In this document: in pieces, positions 1-7,510 of the stretch | Position numbering within the stretch: the first letter of the stretch is position 1 | Layout: each line of letters opens with the position of its first letter | From: a bacterium | GTDB taxonomy: Bacteria > Zhuqueibacterota > Zhuqueibacteria > Oceanimicrobiales > Oceanimicrobiaceae | Direction of reading: 5' to 3' | DNA length: 10,471 bases | Assembly: GCA_046757525.1 (NCBI GenBank) | Contig: JBHHYI010000145.1 | Coordinates: 1 to 10,471 of the forward strand | Notes under the pieces: model-generated | The model's database searches: none | Told to the model about the DNA's origin: nothing | The model's input: the letters and a program-made list of their open reading frames with translations, nothing else | Program-made: the position numbers and the translations under genes

Positions 1-177
1 TTGGTGGTACTTAAGGCATTGTTTTTAAAGGCTAAGTTCTGCCACCGCCGGATTCGGAATGACAGGGACTGCCCTAATTTGCGAATTATTCAGGCTAAAT
101 TGACTTTAATCAAAAAAAGAGTTAATTGCCTTAAGAACATGTTTGTTTGAAGTACAAATGAAAGGAAAAGTTCTACC

Positions 178-864
178 ATGAATCGTAGAAGTTTTTTGCA
201 GCAATGTGGATTCGTAACCGCCGGGATTGCCCTTTCCGGCGGGATGGGATTGCTACCTGGCAGATTGCTTGCCAGCCATAGGAGAATTCGAGGATTTTCT
301 TTGAATTTGATCACCGATCGACCTGATGAGATGGTAGTGCGGATAGAAGCGTTGATTGACCGGCTGAACTTACCTCTCGGGAATCTGAAATTCAAAGAAG
401 TGTCGCTTTCGGGAACGCAAGTTGGAGACATCGTTTTGGTAAGAAACGATTTGCTCATTGATTATCGATCTTCGCAGGATGATTTCTCGGAAGGCCTTTT
501 GGCGTTGGCGCGAGAATTCGGGCTGCCACGGAAGATGAATGCCCCAGCACTCCTGAGATTCTATGCGCAACCCCGGGCACAAACGGCCAAGCAGATTAGT
601 GTGTACCGCAAGAATGTCCTGGTAAGGCAATATAATATAGATTCTGAAGTTGACGCCGATGAAATCGAGGGCCAAAATGGATCGGTGGTTTTGACCATCA
701 AAGACAAGCAGACCAGCATTAGAGCAGCGAGTTGCAAACACAAAACTTGCATGAAAATGGGCCGTATCCGCAAACCCGGACAAAATCTGGTGTGCATTCC
801 CAACCAAATAAGAATCGCCATCCAGGGTGAAAATGAATTCGGTATTGACAGCCTTTCATTCTAA
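178..864 (+). CDS. Tat-exported protein with C-terminal NusG domain II (DUF1312/Lin0431-like)
   Basis: Purine-rich RBS (gaaagga) precedes ATG 178. The N-terminus MNRRSFLQQCGFVTAGIALSGG is a twin-arginine signal. The C-terminus GQNGSVVLTIKDKQTSIRAASCKHKTCMKMGRIRKPGQNLVCIPNQIRIAI matches the NusG-II pattern (C-x4-C...G.I..PG....C.PN). Confidence 0.85.
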   Translation: MNRRSFLQQCGFVTAGIALSGGMGLLPGRLLASHRRIRGFSLNLITDRPDEMVVRIEALIDRLNLPLGNLKFKEVSLSGTQVGDIVLVRNDLLIDYRSSQDDFSEGLLALAREFGLPRKMNAPALLRFYAQPRAQTAKQISVYRKNVLVRQYNIDSEVDADEIEGQNGSVVLTIKDKQTSIRAASCKHKTCMKMGRIRKPGQNLVCIPNQIRIAIQGENEFGIDSLSF

Positions 865-1903
865 TCAACTTAGCTTTGTCGTCTTAGTGCTTTTGCTGGT
901 CAGTGGCGGGTTGACGGCCCAGACCAGAGAGGGCCAGCTTTACGAGGTATCGGGCACAAAATACTTGCTCGGCACGCAAATAGAGCTTAAGGCCATGCAC
1001 CCGCGCGTCCTGGAATGCAAAAAAGCGTTTTACGATGGCTTCCAGGAAATCGCCCGCATCGAAAATCTGCTAAGCTCGCACAAGAAGAGTAGCGAGATTG
1101 CCGCCATAAACCGGCAGGCCGGAATTGCGCCAGTTAAAGTGAGCGATGAAACCTTCGCCATCATCAAACGCTCAATCGCTTACTCAGCAAAATTCGGGGG
1201 GATGTTCGATGTCTCCATTGGGCCGATCACAGAGTTGTGGGGCTTCAACAGCGACAAGAAAATCGCTATCCCGGATAAGACCACTTTGAATTCTCTGTTA
1301 GACTTAGTCGGATATGAAAACGTCCAAATGGACGCACAGGAGACCACGGTTCTCCTCCCCAAGAACGGCATGAGACTCGACCTCGGTGGCATTGCCAAGG
1401 GCTATGCCATCGATCGATGTGCAAAGATACTGAAACAGGAGGGCGTGCGCCATTTCTTAGTCAATGCTGGCGGCGACATTTATGCCTCTGGTTACAAATT
1501 CGGCCACGAGAAATGGCTCGTTGGCGTGCAGCATCCACGAAAGCCACAGGAATTGTTGGCTACCTTTGAAATTAACGACTACGCCGTTGCCACCAGTGGC
1601 GATTACGAACGGTACGCCATCATCAACGGTCAACGGTACCACCACATCATCAATCCGAAGACGGGCTTTCCTTCAAAACAGTGTCAAAGCGTCACCGTAT
1701 TTGCGGCCTCCGCGGAACAGGCGGACGCCTGGGCTACCTATCTGTTTGTAATTGGATGGCGACGCCACCGCAGTCGTAGCAATGCGGACACCATCGAATC
1801 CCTGATCGTCGATGGTTCCGGCAACGTTCATTACGATCCTGCTTTGGAAAGGACGTACAAACTGGCCCTGGTGGATGACCTGAACCTATCTGAGATCAAA
1901 TAG
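827..1903 (+). CDS. apbE: FAD:protein FMN transferase (ApbE family)
   Basis: Contains the ApbE motifs FDVSIGP, DLGGIAKGYAID, VNAGGDI, ATSGDYER, YHHIINPKTG and ADAWAT. Hydrophobic N-terminal signal. The start is GTG 827 or ATG 833, overlapping the upstream gene. Confidence 0.96.
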   Translation: MKMNSVLTAFHSNQLSFVVLVLLLVSGGLTAQTREGQLYEVSGTKYLLGTQIELKAMHPRVLECKKAFYDGFQEIARIENLLSSHKKSSEIAAINRQAGIAPVKVSDETFAIIKRSIAYSAKFGGMFDVSIGPITELWGFNSDKKIAIPDKTTLNSLLDLVGYENVQMDAQETTVLLPKNGMRLDLGGIAKGYAIDRCAKILKQEGVRHFLVNAGGDIYASGYKFGHEKWLVGVQHPRKPQELLATFEINDYAVATSGDYERYAIINGQRYHHIINPKTGFPSKQCQSVTVFAASAEQADAWATYLFVIGWRRHRSRSNADTIESLIVDGSGNVHYDPALERTYKLALVDDLNLSEIK

Positions 1904-2008
1904 TTTCTAATTTACCGAACCATTGCAAAAACGACTTTTTACGCTATTCCAGACCATTCCAAAGGCTTAGTACTTCGTTGCATTAATAGGTGTAGTTTCC
2001 ACTAACAT

Positions 2009-2079
2009 GATCCAACACAGTCTCTGACTGTGTTTTGGGATTATTAACTCAAGTACATAGTCAGAGACCGTGTGTGATC
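2009..2079. repeat. Long imperfect inverted repeat whose arms are themselves palindromic
   Basis: 2015-2033 ACACAGTCTCTGACTGTGT matches the reverse complement of 2055-2073 (ACACGGTCTCTGACTATGT) at 17/19. It is closed by GATC (2009-2012) and GATC (2076-2079). The left arm is also a perfect 9-bp stem, AACACAGTC-tct-GACTGTGTT (2014-2034). Confidence 0.8.
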
Positions 2080-2379
2080 GTTGCAATCTCCTGTGACAGG
2101 TCAAGAGGATTGCCTCATCTGGCCTTCGCCGGATTCGCAATGAGAGCAGCACACAGCGTTTCTTAAATGAAATCTGTTAAAGCCAAACTCTGCTCATTGG
2201 CAATCAAAATAGATCGCCCCTTTTGGTCGAATGTTTTAGGTTGAAGGGGCCATTTTGGCATCCCGAGTAGCGGATGGTTGTTTGAAATGGCGAGCCGAGG
2301 TGTGGTCGGCTACTGCAACCGGGAGGCAGATCAGAATCTTTACTGTGAGCAAGGGCTTAATACTCCGCCATTTTTCATC

Positions 2380-2407
2380 TTGACTTTCCTGTTTTTATTT
2401 CTAACTT
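2380..2407 (+). promoter_or_regulatory. Possible sigma70-type promoter
   Basis: TTGACT (2380-2385), a 16-nt spacer, then TAACTT (2402-2407), in an AT-rich stretch upstream of the operon. Confidence 0.3.
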
Positions 2408-2416
2408 AACTAAAGT

Positions 2417-2451
2417 TGTACCATTTCCCACAGTTGTGCAATTATTGCGCA
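2417..2451. promoter_or_regulatory. Tandem palindromic sites, candidate enhancer (UAS) for a sigma54 activator
   Basis: TGT-N10-ACA at 2417-2432 is followed closely by TGTGCAAT-T-ATTGCGCA at 2435-2451 (7/8 symmetric). They lie about 135-170 bp upstream of the candidate -24/-12 element. Confidence 0.45.
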
Positions 2452-2586
2452 AAGTTAATTTTTTTGGATTCTAAAGGCAGTTCCCTTCCAAGAGGGTTAG
2501 ATTTGTTGTAATTGTAAATTTAACAAGGTTAAGGTAGCTATTCTTTTCGGGGAGAGCCCGGTTAAACGCGGTCGCGGCCACCGTTA

Positions 2587-2602
2587 TGGCCTAATTTTTG
2601 TA
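2587..2602 (+). promoter_or_regulatory. Candidate sigma54 -24/-12 promoter with non-canonical -12
   Basis: TGGCCT-AATTT-TTGTA versus consensus TGGCAC-N5-TTGCW. Spacing is exact, but -12 is GT instead of GC. It ends 55 nt before ATG 2658. Confidence 0.4.
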
Positions 2603-2657
2603 CAGAGTGAGGTTGTTTAAACACAAGTTGGTGAACATTCTCGCAGGTAATTTTAAA

Positions 2658-3092
2658 ATGTTTGCATTTCGTTTAATTGGCTTACTGACAACTTCTCTTG
2701 TTCTGACGGTGAGTCTGCATGCGGCACAAGTGCCCGCAACGCAGGCTAAAGTAGATTCTCTTGCCGCCCTCTTACCCGAAAAGCTAACCACGATTGTGGA
2801 CAAGACTCTTGACGACCAATTTGCCCAAATAGAAAAATTGGCGGCCCATTTGCCTAATATGGACAAGAAGACGATTTTTCTGATTACTTTGCCCATGGAG
2901 AATTACATCGAAGATGTTTACTTTCCCGCCAATAAGCCCGTTACGATTTACCCGCGTGTCGTACTTCAGTTGATTTATGAAGAATTCAAAAAAGGTAAAC
3001 CGAAGAAAGAAATCGCACGCATGTTGGTGAAACTGCAACGACAAAAAGCGTTTGAGAAGTTGAACACAATAGTTCCAGAAAAGAAAAAATAA
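2658..3092 (+). CDS. Secreted hypothetical protein (~144 aa)
   Basis: ATG 2658 is preferred over TTG 2598 because it begins a Sec signal peptide, MFAFRLIGLLTTSLVLTVSLHA-AQ. The mature part looks helical with a Lys-rich C-terminus. No family recognised. Confidence 0.75.
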   Translation: MFAFRLIGLLTTSLVLTVSLHAAQVPATQAKVDSLAALLPEKLTTIVDKTLDDQFAQIEKLAAHLPNMDKKTIFLITLPMENYIEDVYFPANKPVTIYPRVVLQLIYEEFKKGKPKKEIARMLVKLQRQKAFEKLNTIVPEKKK

Positions 3093-3113
3093 GGAAGCTC
3101 CTTCGTCAGGTAC

Positions 3114-4097
3114 TTGCAGAGGTTTGTTGAAAAAATACTGCCGTTCCTCCTAACCGGTTTACTGGCACCGAAGTCGAGTGTGGCGGCGGACATCCGCCTG
3201 GGAGTAGAAGTCGAATTCCGTACATTTTACCTTCAGAAGCAACGCCCTAATTTTTCCTTCCAGTTTCGTGAATCCAAACTGTTTTTCGACACTTTTATTT
3301 CTGACCACTCCAGCGCGCTGATGGAATTTGTCCTCAAAGAGGATGGTCAAAGTCCGCACCTGGACCGAGGCTATTTTATCTGGCATGGGTTGCCTCTCAA
3401 TACCAGGATCAAGTTTGGACAAATCCGGATTCCTTTTGGATTCTGGGACACCTACACCATCGAGCGTTCCTTGACCAAAAACACGCTCGTGGGAGAAGAT
3501 GACCAGTTCCCTCAATTCAAATTGCGCAAACTGGATATCGGCGTTGAAGTGCAGAGCTCTTTCAAAAGCATTTATGCTGACGTGGCCGTCTTAAACGGCA
3601 ACACCATCGACAACATCCAGGACGATAACAACAACAAAGATGTGGTCGCACGGTTGGGGATTGCCGGGAACTTTTATTCATTTAATCTCAATACTTATTT
3701 TGGCACCACGCAGCGTTTGCAAGACGGGGTGAACATGGATGTTTCTGGAACCCGACACGTCACTTCCGTGGGAGGAGATTTTGTGGTAAATCAGGGCAAT
3801 CTTACCGTTAGCGGCGAAGTTGTCACCACGGATTATACTTCTGTGCGGAGTCTTGGAGGGTATTTTCAATTCAATTACGACTTGTTGGACCTTTTTTACG
3901 GCCTGCGTTTTGTGGGAAAGTTCGAATACTGGGATCCTAACAATGCGAGAGACAAAGATGAGGTTTTCCAGTCGGTAATAGGTTTCAAACAGTCGATTCG
4001 TCGCGGCATGACTCTGCAAATCGAATACAAATATCATACCCGTCAAGCCGCGTTGCATCATAACGGTGTGTTGATGGAGTTGGAGCTGGAACTATGA
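3114..4097 (+). CDS. Putative outer-membrane beta-barrel porin (OprO/OprP-like motifs)
   Basis: Has a signal peptide ending ...SSVAA-DI and many alternating amphipathic strands. KFGQIRIPFG and NG...DNNNNKDVVARL are motifs typical of this porin class. The last strand is GVLMELELEL. TTG start is uncertain. Confidence 0.75.
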   Translation: MQRFVEKILPFLLTGLLAPKSSVAADIRLGVEVEFRTFYLQKQRPNFSFQFRESKLFFDTFISDHSSALMEFVLKEDGQSPHLDRGYFIWHGLPLNTRIKFGQIRIPFGFWDTYTIERSLTKNTLVGEDDQFPQFKLRKLDIGVEVQSSFKSIYADVAVLNGNTIDNIQDDNNNKDVVARLGIAGNFYSFNLNTYFGTTQRLQDGVNMDVSGTRHVTSVGGDFVVNQGNLTVSGEVVTTDYTSVRSLGGYFQFNYDLLDLFYGLRFVGKFEYWDPNNARDKDEVFQSVIGFKQSIRRGMTLQIEYKYHTRQAALHHNGVLMELELEL

Positions 4098-5731
4098 CCG
4101 GTTCTCATCCTGCCGGCAAGAACTTCCCCAGAGCGTTGCTTCAGGGCCTTAGCCTGCGCTGGAAGACCTTGATTGTTATCTTGCCGCTCATCTTCCTAAC
4201 CCTGGTCGTGTTCACTTTGTTGCATATCCACACCAACCAGAGCTATCTTATCACCAACACAGAGAATTTTCTGGCGAGTCTGGCGCACCAGTTGAGCTTC
4301 TCAATCGGTCGAGGCTACGAGATCGATAATTCCCGCAGCCTTTACCGACTGGTTAAGGAATATATGGCCTACGATAGCCGAATCCTGGGTATCAGCGTCA
4401 TCAATCAGGACAAGGAGATAACCGCCGACAGCAACCCGGAAAAAATCTTTGCATTTGAAACCGACCCCGGGGTGGCGCAGGTCCTTGCAGGCGGGGGCGA
4501 GGTGCTGAGGCGGTATTCCAAAGATGGTCAGGACCTTTACCAATTCATTGTTCCGATCTATGTTTGGGAAACTCATAAAGTGAACGGGACCTTAGTGCTG
4601 AAATATGATGTGACTCAAATGTTTCGTTCCTTGCGCAAACTGCAAATGGCGGTAATCTTCTGGTCGGCTCTCTTGTTGGTTCTCCTGGCTATTGGCATTA
4701 CGTTGTTTTTGGAGCGGAATATTACAAGACCCCTGGGTCACCTGACGCGTGTCGTAAGCGGCGTGAACATTCTAAATCCAGTTGCACCTGATTTGGATAT
4801 CAAAACCAAGGACGAAATTGGGACTCTGGCCCGGACCTTCACCAATCTGTTGGACAATTTGCGTCGGACTCAGGCCAAACTGACCCAACGCACCGCAGAA
4901 ATAGAACAGGCTTATCAACAGCTCCAAGAAACCCAAATGCAACTGGTGCAATCGGAGAAACTGGCCTCTCTGGGACAATTGACCGCGGGCATTGCCCACG
5001 AAGTCAATAACCCCATGAATTTTGTTTACGGCAACCTTGGCTTGATCGAAGAGTACTTTCACGCCATGCACAGGCTTCTGCAAGCTTACCAGACGGCCAG
5101 AATTGACCAGAGCTCGCTCAAGGCTATCCGTTCGATGCAAAAGCAAGTCGACTACGAAGCCATGGTAAAAGACATGACAGGCATTCTTGCTGACTGTAAA
5201 ACCGGTGCTAAACGGACTCTGGAGATCGTAAAAAACCTGAGAGATTTTTCCCGCATGGACAGCGGCGAGATCCAAACAATTGACCTCAACGAAAGCCTGG
5301 ATACGACCCTCAATCTGTTAAAGCAAAGTTACAAAGACCGGATCGAGGTAATAAAACATTACGCCAAACTCCCCCCCTATTCGTGCTACTCAGGACAAAT
5401 CAACCAGGTGCTTATGAACATTCTCATGAATGCTATTCAAGCCATTGAAGACCGCGGCACCATTGAGATCAAGACCGCCTGCAACGAGGAAACCCTCTCG
5501 ATCGCAATTACGGACACCGGTCAAGGCATTCCAGAACAGATTACCTACAAGGTTTTTGATCCTTTCTTTACGACGAAGGAAATCGGAGAAGGCACGGGGC
5601 TGGGGCTGAGCATCAGCTACCGCATTGTCAAGGAACACGGGGGCAACCTTTCATTCGAAAGCCAAGTGGGCAAAGGCACGTGTATGCGGATTGAACTGCC
5701 AATTCATGGAGTAACCACGCATGACACCTGA
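4094..5731 (+). CDS. Membrane sensor histidine kinase (TM - periplasmic sensor - TM - HAMP - HisKA - HATPase)
   Basis: Two TM helices and a HAMP domain (ITRPLGHL...DEIGTLARTF). H-box EKLASLGQLTAGIAHEVNNP, N-box QVLMNILMNAIQA, G1 DTGQGI, F-box FDPFFTTK, G2 GTGLGL. ATGA overlap with the porin stop. Confidence 0.96.
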   Translation: MTGSHPAGKNFPRALLQGLSLRWKTLIVILPLIFLTLVVFTLLHIHTNQSYLITNTENFLASLAHQLSFSIGRGYEIDNSRSLYRLVKEYMAYDSRILGISVINQDKEITADSNPEKIFAFETDPGVAQVLAGGGEVLRRYSKDGQDLYQFIVPIYVWETHKVNGTLVLKYDVTQMFRSLRKLQMAVIFWSALLLVLLAIGITLFLERNITRPLGHLTRVVSGVNILNPVAPDLDIKTKDEIGTLARTFTNLLDNLRRTQAKLTQRTAEIEQAYQQLQETQMQLVQSEKLASLGQLTAGIAHEVNNPMNFVYGNLGLIEEYFHAMHRLLQAYQTARIDQSSLKAIRSMQKQVDYEAMVKDMTGILADCKTGAKRTLEIVKNLRDFSRMDSGEIQTIDLNESLDTTLNLLKQSYKDRIEVIKHYAKLPPYSCYSGQINQVLMNILMNAIQAIEDRGTIEIKTACNEETLSIAITDTGQGIPEQITYKVFDPFFTTKEIGEGTGLGLSISYRIVKEHGGNLSFESQVGKGTCMRIELPIHGVTTHDT

Positions 5732-7247
5732 GCATACCATCCTTTATGTGGATGACGAAGAGGAGAATCTCAACTTGTTTTACAACTCCTTCAAAAGACA
5801 GTTTAGGATTCTTCGAGCAAAAAATGCGACCGAGGCTTTACGGCTGTGCCAGAGTGAGCGAGTCGATTTGATCGTGGCGGACCAACGCATGCCCGGCACT
5901 CGGGGCATCGACCTGCTGGCACAACTGGCCCGGGAACAATCCAATATGGTGCGGATCTTAATCACGGGCTATGCGGACATGTCAGTGGCCGTCGAGGCCA
6001 TCAATCGAGGCAAGGTGCACCGTTACGTGTCCAAGCCCTGGGAACGAGAGGCGTTGCAAGATATTTTGAACCAGGAACTACGGTTCTACGACTTGCGCAA
6101 CGAGAATGTAAGATTAGCCGCCGAATTGCAAAAAAAGGCTCTGGCTTTAGAAGAAAAAAACGAGAATTTGAGCATTTCGAATCAGCGGATTTCAGAGGCT
6201 AAGCGTTTGCTGGAAGAAAAGAGCAACGAGTACGAACGATTGTACCGGCAGTTGCAGCAGAAAATGGAAGAGAACCGAACGTTGCGCCAGGCCGTTGAGC
6301 AAAGATTCTCGTTGCGCGATTTGGTAGGTCAAAGCGCCGCCATGCAGTCTGTGTTCCAATTCATTCGAGACGTAGCCCCTACCGAAGCTACGATTTTGAT
6401 TTTGGGCGAAAGTGGTACGGGCAAGGAGCTGGTGGCCCGCGCCATTCATTCCGAAGGCTTGCGCAAAGACAAGCCTTTTGTGGTGGTGAATTGTGCAGCC
6501 CTACCCGAAAACTTGTTGGAGAGCGAACTCTTTGGCCACGAAAAGGGCGCCTTTACCGGTGCCATTCGCCGCAAACGTGGTCGCTTCGAGCAAGCCCAGG
6601 GAGGCACCATTTTCTTGGACGAAATCGGCGACATCTCCCCGGCGACGCAGCTTCGCCTGCTGCGCGTTCTGCAAGAAAAAACCTTCGTACGGGTCGGCGG
6701 TGAGGAAACCTTGCGCGCAGATGTGCGGATCATCTCGGCCACCAACCAGGACTTGCACCGGGCCATGGCCGAAGGTAGATTTCGCGAGGATTTGTATTAT
6801 CGTTTAAACGTCATCTCTCTGACCATCGCCCCGCTCAGAGACCGTCCCGAGGATATTCCGCTGTTGTGCCAACGGTTCTTGGTGCGCCATTGTGCGATGA
6901 CTAAGAAGAAAATTAAAGGATTCTCCAATGAAGCCATGCAACGGCTCATGGACTATCCTTGGCCGGGAAATGTACGAGAATTGCAAAACCTGGTGGAGCG
7001 CACCGTCATTTTGTGTAAAAGCGATGTGATCACTCCCGATCTTTTTCCACCTAATTTCTTGGGAGACACGCCAGCTCAGTCTGCACCCAAATCCCTGTGT
7101 CAGGCGGAAAAGGAACTCATTCACAAAACATTGTTGAGCACAGGCTGGAATAAACACCAGGCCGCAAAGCTTCTCGATATTACTCGCAGCAGCCTTTACA
7201 GCAAGATTCAACGCTACGGACTTACGCCCCCCGACAAATCGATCTGA
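5721..7247 (+). CDS. Sigma54-dependent response regulator, NtrC family (REC - coiled coil - AAA+ - Fis HTH)
   Basis: REC domain (ILYVDDE, DQRMPG, KPW), Walker A GESGTGKE, intact GAFTGA loop, Walker B FLDEIG, FREDLYYRL, WPGNVREL, HTH AAKLLDITRSSLYSKI. Overlaps the kinase stop by 11 nt. Confidence 0.97.
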   Translation: MTPEHTILYVDDEEENLNLFYNSFKRQFRILRAKNATEALRLCQSERVDLIVADQRMPGTRGIDLLAQLAREQSNMVRILITGYADMSVAVEAINRGKVHRYVSKPWEREALQDILNQELRFYDLRNENVRLAAELQKKALALEEKNENLSISNQRISEAKRLLEEKSNEYERLYRQLQQKMEENRTLRQAVEQRFSLRDLVGQSAAMQSVFQFIRDVAPTEATILILGESGTGKELVARAIHSEGLRKDKPFVVVNCAALPENLLESELFGHEKGAFTGAIRRKRGRFEQAQGGTIFLDEIGDISPATQLRLLRVLQEKTFVRVGGEETLRADVRIISATNQDLHRAMAEGRFREDLYYRLNVISLTIAPLRDRPEDIPLLCQRFLVRHCAMTKKKIKGFSNEAMQRLMDYPWPGNVRELQNLVERTVILCKSDVITPDLFPPNFLGDTPAQSAPKSLCQAEKELIHKTLLSTGWNKHQAAKLLDITRSSLYSKIQRYGLTPPDKSI

Positions 7248-7363
7248 TACACGCCCTATCGCTTTTAGGAAACGCTCTGTTGTACGTAACGCAATCGTCT
7301 CGATTGTCAGCGGTTCTCCCAATTAACCTTTTTTGTTGGCATGATGCCATCCGTGAATTTAAT

Positions 7364-7510
7364 GCGATTGGCCTTAGGATTGCTGCGAGATCCGGCTTCG
7401 AAATAGGCGGAGGTGAGGTCACAGAGGAGCAAATCGTATCGGATACGGGGACCTCGCTCAGTTCTATACGATTCCACTAACGCGCGGTAAACGTGCCTTT
7501 TGCCATCTTC
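7364..7510 (-). mobile_element. Internally deleted IS1634-family transposase remnant
   Basis: The minus-strand translation EDGKRHVYRALVESYRTERGPR resembles the IS1634 N-terminus. It is joined almost directly to YDLLLCDLTSAYFEAGSRSNPKANR, which resembles the first catalytic Asp motif YDLTSTYFEG...NPKA.RGYSRD. Confidence 0.75.

Noticed and set aside
40..75. REP-like fragment GGATTCGGAATGAC near the window start
   Set aside because: Single partial copy with no complementary partner visible in the window.
2009..2079. CRISPR array
   Set aside because: Only two copies, inverted rather than direct, with no spacers and no cas genes.
2001..2086. Integron attC site (TAAC...GTT flanking a long hairpin)
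   Set aside because: The ends fit RYYYAAC/GTTRRRY poorly, the R-L box spacing is wrong, and there is no cassette array or integrase in the window.
1967..2152. 61-aa minus-strand ORF in the intergenic region
   Set aside because: No recognisable motif, non-ATG start, and it runs through the inverted-repeat element.
2255..2272. Sigma54 promoter TGGCATCCCGAGTAGC
   Set aside because: The GC is one base out of register with the GG, and the site is far from any start codon.
2598..2657. N-terminal extension of the hypothetical protein from TTG 2598
   Set aside because: The signal peptide begins at ATG 2658, and the extension overlaps the candidate promoter.
90..7322. Numerous short antisense or alternate-frame ORFs overlapping the main genes (e.g. 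90-458, 370-807, 3159-3515, 4772-5275, 6804-7322)
   Set aside because: They overlap well-supported + strand genes and carry no recognisable motifs.
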